This document shows positions 46,097 through 52,808 of a stretch of 52,808 nucleotides of DNA, in pieces. The DNA comes from Ruminiclostridium sp. (GTDB lineage Bacteria; Bacillota; Clostridia; Oscillospirales; Ruminococcaceae), in contig JAFTAG010000002.1 of the NCBI GenBank assembly GCA_017458655.1, positions 1 through 52,808 on the forward strand, given 5' to 3'. Both the position numbers and the translations under genes were made by a program. Below the pieces are notes generated by a model, which saw only the letters and a program-made list of their open reading frames with translations, made no database searches and was not told the origin of the DNA. The first letter of the stretch is position 1, and each line of letters begins with the position of its first letter.

Positions 46097-47179
46097 TTAT
46101 GATGCCAGCTCCCTGCAGATAGGTTCAAATATAATGTTGGCAAGCATCATTGAGACAGGAACGGTATATTCCTTTGAACTGCTCTTTAAGATAAGCTCCT
46201 TGCGGTCATCGGGCGAAAGTATATCATCAAAGCCCTTCGGCTCACCTGCCACGCGCTCGGGAGAACCTATCGCGATACGCTCATAGTGTTCGGAAAGAGA
46301 CACGGGTACGGAAGCCTCGATATTGAACATACCGTCCTTGACATACAGATACGCCTTTCCGCTTATGCTTTCAAACGAGCACTTGACGAGCCTTATCCTT
46401 CTTTCGAGAGCCTGTTCATCGACATTATCCGGATACGCGATACTTGCCGTGCAGACAAGCGGCTCATATCTTCTGCCCTTTATATTCAGCACCGCCTTGC
46501 AGCCCTTGCCGAGAAGCGTGTACATTATGCCGACGAGCTCAAATATCGCGGCTTCAAGTATCATATAGTTTATTCTTGCGACACCGCATTCTATATCGGC
46601 CGCGATAGCAACTTCCCGACCGACCGTATAGGAATAGCTGTGCAGACGCTCGTCCGAGCTTTTCAGCAGGTCTCTTATGGGAACATATTCAAATTTCTGT
46701 GAAACATCGAAAATATCCATAACACCGGACGCGTCGGAAAAAACTTTTTCCGCGGAAAGAAGCTGCTCCGACACGGCCTCGATATAAGACCCGTCCGCGT
46801 CGTCGCCGTGCATTTCATCGAGCAGTGAACCGAGCCGCGCGATCATATCCATAGCCTCATACCTTATCTTATATATGCTGTTGTACATATCCGAGTAGGA
46901 GTTTTTCAGAAAACAGTCCTCGGGATAGCACCTACACAGGATATGTCCATTATAAATAGGGGTAAATATCGCTCTGAAGCGTACACCTTCAAACGTAAAT
47001 CTGTGCTCAAAGGATGAAAAGCAGGATATTCCTACCCTGCCGGCCGATATCACCTTGCTGTTTTTGCAGATGCGTGTAAAAATACGATAATTGTCACTGT
47101 TCATCACTCTGAGGTTCGGTGACAAGATACAAGAATAGCCTATCTTTCCGAACTTTACGTCCTCACGATAAGCGCTCAT
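46097..47179 (-). CDS. Hypothetical protein
   Basis: 360-aa ORF with ATGA overlap to the DUF896 gene; no intact family motif recognised. Confidence 0.75.
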   Translation of the reverse strand: MSAYREDVKFGKIGYSCILSPNLRVMNSDNYRIFTRICKNSKVISAGRVGISCFSSFEHRFTFEGVRFRAIFTPIYNGHILCRCYPEDCFLKNSYSDMYNSIYKIRYEAMDMIARLGSLLDEMHGDDADGSYIEAVSEQLLSAEKVFSDASGVMDIFDVSQKFEYVPIRDLLKSSDERLHSYSYTVGREVAIAADIECGVARINYMILEAAIFELVGIMYTLLGKGCKAVLNIKGRRYEPLVCTASIAYPDNVDEQALERRIRLVKCSFESISGKAYLYVKDGMFNIEASVPVSLSEHYERIAIGSPERVAGEPKGFDDILSPDDRKELILKSSSKEYTVPVSMMLANIIFEPICRELAS

Positions 47180-47376
47180 TTTTCTGTCAGCCTTCTTTTG
47201 TTACCGTTTTCGTCAACAATGAACGTATTGGAAAACGCCGCCATATATCCGTTTTTCATATACAGGCGATATTCATCGCGCAGCACGCGCTGTTCAGCTT
47301 TTTCTTCCTCGGTGAGCGTCTCCGTTCTGGATTTGCGCGCGAGGAAATTAATGCGTTCGATCTTTTCTTTTTCCAT
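47176..47376 (-). CDS. DUF896 / YnzC (UPF0291) family protein
   Basis: IERINFLARKS....LTEEEKAEQRVLRDEY...IVDENGN signature. Confidence 0.9.
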   Translation of the reverse strand: MEKEKIERINFLARKSRTETLTEEEKAEQRVLRDEYRLYMKNGYMAAFSNTFIVDENGNKRRLTEK

Positions 47377-47422
47377 TATCTGAGCTCTCCAACATCTTTA
47401 TCCTTCAACGACAAAAAGGACA

Positions 47423-47815
47423 TCAGCTCCTTGACTGAGCCGAGCTGAAATAAAGCTCGGTAAGGCATGAGAACAGAGCCTGTTTATCCTCGGGGCTTAT
47501 GCTCTCGCTCTCAAATATGAGCTTGCCCTTTTCGAGATAATCGGCAGCCTCGCGTATAGACGCGGAATCCGACTTGGAATTGAACACAAAGCGCTCCTTG
47601 CTGTCAAGTATCAGGCTTTTGGTATCATCCGTAATGAACTCCGGAGTGACGTGCAGCTCCGCACATATCTTTTCAAGAACTTCTTTTTTTGGTTTTCTCG
47701 ACCCGTTGAGATAATTTGCAAGACCGCGGTATGTAATACCCACGCTTTCGGCAAACTCTGTCTTGCTCATATTTTTTCTGCCGATAAGTATTTCAAGTTT
47801 TTCCCCTAATAACAT
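47423..47815 (-). CDS. XRE-family HTH transcriptional regulator
   Basis: LGEKL...MSKTEFAESVGITYRGLANYLNGSRKP...KICAELHV. Confidence 0.88.
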   Translation of the reverse strand: MLLGEKLEILIGRKNMSKTEFAESVGITYRGLANYLNGSRKPKKEVLEKICAELHVTPEFITDDTKSLILDSKERFVFNSKSDSASIREAADYLEKGKLIFESESISPEDKQALFSCLTELYFSSAQSRS

Positions 47816-47885
47816 CTGTTATGACCTTTCCCTTACATTTTACGACACAATATGAACACCCGCAAGAAAGACTGTTCATAAGAAT

Positions 47886-47914
47886 ATTATATACGCGAAC
47901 ATTCGTTTTGTCAA
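47886..47914 (-). promoter_or_regulatory. sigmaA promoter containing a Gram-positive LexA (Cheo) box
   Basis: Perfect TTGACA-N17-TATAAT; CGAAC-ATTC-GTTTT at 47896-47909 lies in the spacer and touches the -35. Confidence 0.65.
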
Positions 47915-48070
47915 TAAGATATGAACAAAAATTTCCTCTTTTTGCAAAGTTCATTTATTTTGCACTATATGTACAGGAAATTTTATGTAAAAGTGACACA
48001 AGCCGCAGCCGGAACAGTTTTTATAAAAATATGTAAATTATTCGTCAAATATGCGTTTTATACAGCATAT

Positions 48071-48123
48071 TATGCATATAAACGCATAAAAATGCTTGAC
48101 ATTCCACGCTTTTTGTGTATAAT
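48071..48123 (+). promoter_or_regulatory. arg operon promoter with ARG-box-like sequences
   Basis: TTGACA (48096)-N16-TATAAT (48118); upstream tatgcatataaacgcata resembles ArgR boxes. Confidence 0.55.
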
Positions 48124-48162
48124 AATATGTATAAATTATTTTTCCAAAAGGAGTAACTAAAA

Positions 48163-49389
48163 ATGGCAAACGAAATCAAAAAAATAGTACTTGCATATTC
48201 CGGCGGTCTCGATACTTCTATAATAATACCGTGGCTCAAGGAAAACTATCCCGGCTGTGAAGTGATCTGCGTCGCAGGCAACGTCGGTCAGGACTCCGAA
48301 ATAGTCGGACTTGAAGAACGAGCCAAAAAGACAGGCGCATCCAAGCTGTACATAGAGGACATACAGGACGAATTCGTCAACGACTTCATCTTCCCCACTC
48401 TGAAAGCCGGCGCTAAATACGAGGGCTATCTGCTCGGTACATCGTTTGCCCGTCCCCCTATCGCCAAGAGGCTCGTTGAGATAGCAAAGAAAGAAAATGC
48501 CGACGCTATCTGCCACGGCTGCACCGGCAAGGGCAACGATCAGGTTCGTTTCGAGCTCACTATAAAGGCTCTCGCACCCAACCTCAAAATAATCGCTCCC
48601 TGGAGAATATGGGATATCAAGTCGAGAGATCAGGAGATCGACTACGCAGAAGCACATAACGTTCCGATAAAGATCACAAGAGAGACCAACTACTCCAAGG
48701 ATATGAACCTCTGGCATCTGTCCCACGAAGGTCTCGACCTCGAGGATCCCGCAAACGAGCCGCAGTACAACAAGCCCGGCTTCCTCGAACTCGGCGTTTC
48801 TCCCGAAAAGGCTCCCGACAAGCCCACTTATGTTACTATCTCGTTCGAGAAAGGTATCCCGGTAGCGCTCGACGGCGAGAAGATGAACGGTGTTGCCCTT
48901 ATCAAGAAGCTCAACAAGCTCGGCGGCGAGAACGGCATCGGCCTCTATGATGTTGTTGAGAACAGACTTGTCGGAATGAAGTCGAGAGGCGTGTATGAGA
49001 CTCCCGGCGGCACTATCCTTTACCACGCTCACGAAGTCCTTGAAACGATCTGTCTTGACAAGGAGACTCAGCACTACAAAGCGGGTCTTGCGCAGAAATA
49101 CGCCGACCTCGTATATAACGGACAGTGGTTCACACCGCTCAGAGAAGCTATGGACGCTTTCGTTGACAAGACGCAGGAGACCTGCACCGGCGAAGTTAAG
49201 CTCAAGCTCTACAAGGGCAACATCATCAATGCCGGCGTTACATCGCCCTACACCCTCTACAGTGAGGACTTCGCTTCATTCGGCGAGGACGATGTATATG
49301 ACCAGAAGGACAGCGCGGGCTTTATCAACCTGTTCGGTCTGCCGATCAAGGTGAAGGCTCTGCTCGACGAAAGCAGAAGCAATAAGTGA
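48163..49389 (+). CDS. argG: Argininosuccinate synthase
   Basis: [33 protein letters not shown]. Confidence 0.97.
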   Translation: MANEIKKIVLAYSGGLDTSIIIPWLKENYPGCEVICVAGNVGQDSEIVGLEERAKKTGASKLYIEDIQDEFVNDFIFPTLKAGAKYEGYLLGTSFARPPIAKRLVEIAKKENADAICHGCTGKGNDQVRFELTIKALAPNLKIIAPWRIWDIKSRDQEIDYAEAHNVPIKITRETNYSKDMNLWHLSHEGLDLEDPANEPQYNKPGFLELGVSPEKAPDKPTYVTISFEKGIPVALDGEKMNGVALIKKLNKLGGENGIGLYDVVENRLVGMKSRGVYETPGGTILYHAHEVLETICLDKETQHYKAGLAQKYADLVYNGQWFTPLREAMDAFVDKTQETCTGEVKLKLYKGNIINAGVTSPYTLYSEDFASFGEDDVYDQKDSAGFINLFGLPIKVKALLDESRSNK

Positions 49390-49514
49390 TCTGTACTTAT
49401 ATATTCAATTTATGAACATTATGATAAATGCGGTGTAAAAAGCCGCATTTATCGGTTTTTCGGAGATATTGCAGACAGCATTTTTCCGGTAAGTAGTAGA
49501 AAGGAACAGCAATT

Positions 49515-50885
49515 ATGGACAAAATGTGGGCAGGACGTTTCTCAAAGGAGACCGACAGCGGCGTGAACGCCTTCAATTCGTCGATCTCATTTGACGGACG
49601 TATGTACAGGAACGATATAGCCGGCAGCATAGCGCACGCTACGATGCTCGGAGAAGCAGGTATAATATCCAAAGAGGACAGCGCCGAGATAATAAAGGGC
49701 TTGCAGTCCATACTCGCGGATCTCGAGATAGGCAGGCTCGACTTCGACCTGACAGCCGAAGATGTTCATATGTTCGTTGAAGCTGAACTTACCAAGCGTC
49801 TCGGCGATGTCGGCAAGAGGCTGCACACCTCGCGTTCCCGCAACGATCAGGTCGCGGTGGATATAAGACTGTATCTGCGCTCCGAGACAGAAGCTATTCG
49901 CGAGCTGCTGAAAAAGCTGATAAACGTGCTCTGTGACACTGCCGAAAAGCACTCCGATACGATAATGCCGGGCTACACCCACTTACAGCGCGCACAGCCC
50001 ATTACCTTCGGACATCATTTAATGGCGTATGCACAGATGTTCCTGCGAGATATCGGAAGACTCGACGATACGAACAAGCGTATGAACGTTTGCCCTCTCG
50101 GAAGCGGAGCTCTCGCGGGAACGACCTACCCCATAGACCGCTTTATGACATCAAAGCTGCTCGGATTTACGGAGCCTATGGCGAACTCCCTTGACGGTGT
50201 TTCCGACCGCGACTTCTGCATCGAGCTTGCAAGCGCGATATCCACTATAATGATGCACCTCTCCCGCTTTTCCGAGGAAATAATACTCTGGTGCAGCTGG
50301 GAGTTCAAGTTCATCGAGCTTGACGACGCGTTCGCCACCGGCTCGAGCATTATGCCGCAGAAGAAAAACCCCGATGTTGCGGAGCTCGTCCGCGGCAAGG
50401 CTGCCCGCGTGTTCGGCGACAATGTGACGCTGCTCACAATGATGAAAGGTCTTCCGCTCGCATACAACAAGGATATGCAGGAGGACAAAGAGGCTATATT
50501 CGACGCGATAGACAACGTCAAGCTGTGCATTTCCACATTCACACCGATGCTCGAAACTATGACCGTGAACAAGGAGAATATGCGTAATGCCGCAGCCCGC
50601 GGGTTCATCAACGCTACCGACTGCGCGGATTACCTCGTTAAAAAGGGTATGCCCTTCCGCGATGCTTACAAGATAACAGGCGGACTGGTCGCCGAATGTA
50701 TCGCGAAGAATACCACGCTTGAAGAGCTGCCGCTCGACTGCTACAAGGCAAAGACCGAGCTGTTCGACGAGGGCGTATATGACGCGATAAACCTCGAAAA
50801 CTGCGTGAAGTGCCGTACCTCCTACGGCGGACCCGCTCCCGAAAGCGTAATAAACCAGATAAAGTATGTGCGTGAAAGAATATGA
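49515..50885 (+). CDS. argH: Argininosuccinate lyase
   Basis: MWAGRF, SRSRNDQV, PGYTHLQRAQP, GSSIMPQKKNPD. Confidence 0.97.
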   Translation: MDKMWAGRFSKETDSGVNAFNSSISFDGRMYRNDIAGSIAHATMLGEAGIISKEDSAEIIKGLQSILADLEIGRLDFDLTAEDVHMFVEAELTKRLGDVGKRLHTSRSRNDQVAVDIRLYLRSETEAIRELLKKLINVLCDTAEKHSDTIMPGYTHLQRAQPITFGHHLMAYAQMFLRDIGRLDDTNKRMNVCPLGSGALAGTTYPIDRFMTSKLLGFTEPMANSLDGVSDRDFCIELASAISTIMMHLSRFSEEIILWCSWEFKFIELDDAFATGSSIMPQKKNPDVAELVRGKAARVFGDNVTLLTMMKGLPLAYNKDMQEDKEAIFDAIDNVKLCISTFTPMLETMTVNKENMRNAAARGFINATDCADYLVKKGMPFRDAYKITGGLVAECIAKNTTLEELPLDCYKAKTELFDEGVYDAINLENCVKCRTSYGGPAPESVINQIKYVRERI

Positions 50886-51313
50886 TAACATTCGGTAAAA
50901 CTATCTCATTGGAAGAATACAACTACCTGCGCAGCCTCGTTGACTGGTATCAGGTCTCGGAGCGGCAGTTCATAACCAGCATTCCGAAGTCTATATTTAT
51001 AACGGTAGGCCGCGACAGCGAGACAGGTAAAGCGATCTCTATGGCGCGAGCGGTCGGCGACGGCGGCTATCACCTGCTGGTCGTTGACGTGATAGTTCAC
51101 CCCGACTACCAGCGTCAGGGCATCGGAAAGCAGATGATAACACAGCTTATGGACTTTGTTCATACAAGCTATATCGAGGACGGCGAGACTACAATGGTGT
51201 CGCTGCTCTCCGCAAAGGACAAGGAGCCTTTCTACGAGAAGTTCGGCTTTTTCCGCCGCCCCAACGACGAGCGCGGCGCGGGAATGAGCCAGTTCTATAC
51301 GCAGAAGCAATGA
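50882..51313 (+). CDS. GNAT family N-acetyltransferase
   Basis: DVIVHPDYQRQGIG acetyl-CoA motif, FYEKFGF; ATGA overlap with argH. Confidence 0.9.
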   Translation: MITFGKTISLEEYNYLRSLVDWYQVSERQFITSIPKSIFITVGRDSETGKAISMARAVGDGGYHLLVVDVIVHPDYQRQGIGKQMITQLMDFVHTSYIEDGETTMVSLLSAKDKEPFYEKFGFFRRPNDERGAGMSQFYTQKQ

Positions 51314-51368
51314 ATAATGAACAGTGAATAGTGAACAGTGAATAGTTGTGGTGTTCGCTTCGCTCACT
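51311..51368. repeat. Heptamer repeat half-element, copy F
   Basis: tgaataa-tgaacag-tgaatag-tgaacag-tgaatag-ttgtggtgttcgcttcgctcac. Confidence 0.85.
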
Positions 51369-51396
51369 TTTATTTTAAAAAAGAAGGACAACAAAA

Positions 51397-52341
51397 ATGA
51401 CAAAAGTATTTATTGACGGACAGGAAGGTACCACGGGATTAAAAATCGTCGAGCGCCTCAAAAGAAGAACAGACATCGAGCTTATGGTAATTCCCGATGA
51501 ATTGAGAAAAGATATGGCCGAGCGAAAAAAATACATCAACGGCTCGGACTTCACCATACTCTGCCTGCCCGACGCGGCGGCTGTCGAGGCGGTATCGCTG
51601 GTCGAAAACGACCGCACCCGTATCATCGACGCTTCCACCGCGCACCGTACCGCTCCCGACTGGGTTTACGGCTTCCCGGAGCTCTCCCCCGAGCACCGCG
51701 AAAAGATACGCACTTCAAAACGTGTGGCAGTCCCCGGCTGCTACGCGAGCGGCTTTATCTCAATGGCTTATCCGCTTGTGAAAGCCGGTATCCTGCCTAA
51801 AGACTACCCCGTTTCTATACACGCGGTATCGGGCTACAGCGGCGCCGGAAAGCGCGGAATAGCACAATATACCGACGCGGATCGCCCGAAGGAATTTGAT
51901 ACTCCCCGTCAGTACGCCCTCTCGCAGAGCCACAAGCACCTGCCCGAGATGAAAATTATAAGCGGGCTTGACTACGAGCCCACATTCAACCCGTATGTGT
52001 GTGACTATTACGCGGGAATGACCGTTTCTCTGCCGCTGCACGCACGTCTGCTTACCAAAGAGATCACACCTGCCGAGCTGCGTGAAATATATGCCGAGCA
52101 CTACAAGGGCTGCTATTTCATCAAGGTCGCCGAGCTGAACGGAACCGATGTGCTCCCCGACGGCTTCATCGGCGCGAACACGCTTGAAAACACGAACAAT
52201 ATGCAGATAATAGTCGGCGGCAACGAGCTGCGTATGCTGGTAGTTTCCCGTCTCGATAACTTGGGCAAAGGCGCGAGCGGCGCTGCTGTACAATGCCTCA
52301 ACATAATGATGGGCATTGACGAAACAACAGGACTGATATGA
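51397..52341 (+). CDS. argC: N-acetyl-gamma-glutamyl-phosphate reductase (type 2)
   Basis: KVFIDGQEGTTGL, IIDASTAHR, PGCYASG, LDNLGKGASGAAVQ. Confidence 0.95.
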   Translation: MTKVFIDGQEGTTGLKIVERLKRRTDIELMVIPDELRKDMAERKKYINGSDFTILCLPDAAAVEAVSLVENDRTRIIDASTAHRTAPDWVYGFPELSPEHREKIRTSKRVAVPGCYASGFISMAYPLVKAGILPKDYPVSIHAVSGYSGAGKRGIAQYTDADRPKEFDTPRQYALSQSHKHLPEMKIISGLDYEPTFNPYVCDYYAGMTVSLPLHARLLTKEITPAELREIYAEHYKGCYFIKVAELNGTDVLPDGFIGANTLENTNNMQIIVGGNELRMLVVSRLDNLGKGASGAAVQCLNIMMGIDETTGLI

Positions 52342-52407
52342 TAGTGTAAAGTGAACAGTGAATAATTATGGTGTCCGCTTCGCGAACTTATCCGGATCGT
52401 GACGAAA
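52339..52407. repeat. Heptamer repeat half-element, copy G
   Basis: tgatag-tgtaaag-tgaacag-tgaataa-ttatggtgtccgcttcgcgaac-ttatccggatcgtgacga; the last motif is shared with copy E. Confidence 0.75.
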
Positions 52408-52437
52408 CGGAAAGAAATGCAAAAAGGAGTAACAATT

Positions 52438-52808
52438 ATGGAAGAAATAAAGATAGGTGCAAAGCTGCAAAAGCTCATAGATGAGCTCGGAGTAGGGCTC
52501 GTGAGCACCGATATAAACAATTTCGTGGACGGGGGTGTATGTGCGTCCGCGGGCTGGAAGGCCAACGGCATACACTGCGGGCTTGCACACAAGGCGCTCA
52601 CCGATACCGAGGAGAAGTCGCAGGCCGCTAACAACGCCCTCCCGACCAACAAGAAAAACGACCTCGCAATGATAATGTCCGATAAACGCGCGGCAGCTGC
52701 GGCAGTGTACACGACCAACAAGGTCAAGGGCGCACCGCTGACCGTCACAAAGGATAACCTCGCCGACGGCTATGCACAGGGCGTTATAGTCAATTCCGTC
52801 AACGCCAA
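52438..52808 (+). CDS. argJ: Ornithine acetyltransferase ArgJ (runs off the window edge)
   Basis: AAGGAG SD; GGVCA..GWKANGIHCGL...DLAMI...AAVYTTNKVKGAPL...VIVNS.NA. Confidence 0.9.
   Translation, partial: MEEIKIGAKLQKLIDELGVGLVSTDINNFVDGGVCASAGWKANGIHCGLAHKALTDTEEKSQAANNALPTNKKNDLAMIMSDKRAAAAAVYTTNKVKGAPLTVTKDNLADGYAQGVIVNSVNA

Noticed and set aside
4335-52407. Heptamer repeat loci as CRISPR arrays
   Set aside because: No constant 23-47 bp repeats with unique spacers and no cas genes in the window.

Overview
Bacterial chromosomal segment of about 50% GC from a spore-forming Clostridia member, probably Oscillospiraceae/Ruminococcus-like (inferred from gene content and protein style). It is mostly core genome. 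Left part: the start of an rnf operon (rnfC, partial rnfD), intact sigK, dprA, a trimeric electron-bifurcating [FeFe]-hydrogenase, GH13 and permuted GH3 glycosidases, spo0A and a degenerate GGDEF-EAL protein. Middle: a T-box-controlled TIM-barrel/acyl-CoA-ligase fusion, tRNA-Leu, comFB, proBA, cheV, glmS and tRNA-Arg, followed by a small decayed accessory patch. Right part: radC, an OmpR-type two-component pair, a probable LexA-controlled operon and argG-argH-GNAT-argC-argJ. The most notable observations are: (1) a dispersed, modular, palindromic intergenic repeat family built from 7-bp tandem units, GC hairpins and about 25-bp terminal inverted repeats (7 loci); (2) Spo0A with Glu in place of the phosphoacceptor Asp56; (3) a Leu-specifier T-box controlling the TIM-barrel/acyl-CoA ligase fusion; (4) a candidate sRNA of about 150 nt with an anti-SD/anti-AUG tract beside the two-component genes; (5) an ABC-transporter/two-component operon collapsed by several deletions; (6) a REP-doublet-like element in the proBA leader. 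All calls come from reading the sequence and recognising motifs; no database searches were run.
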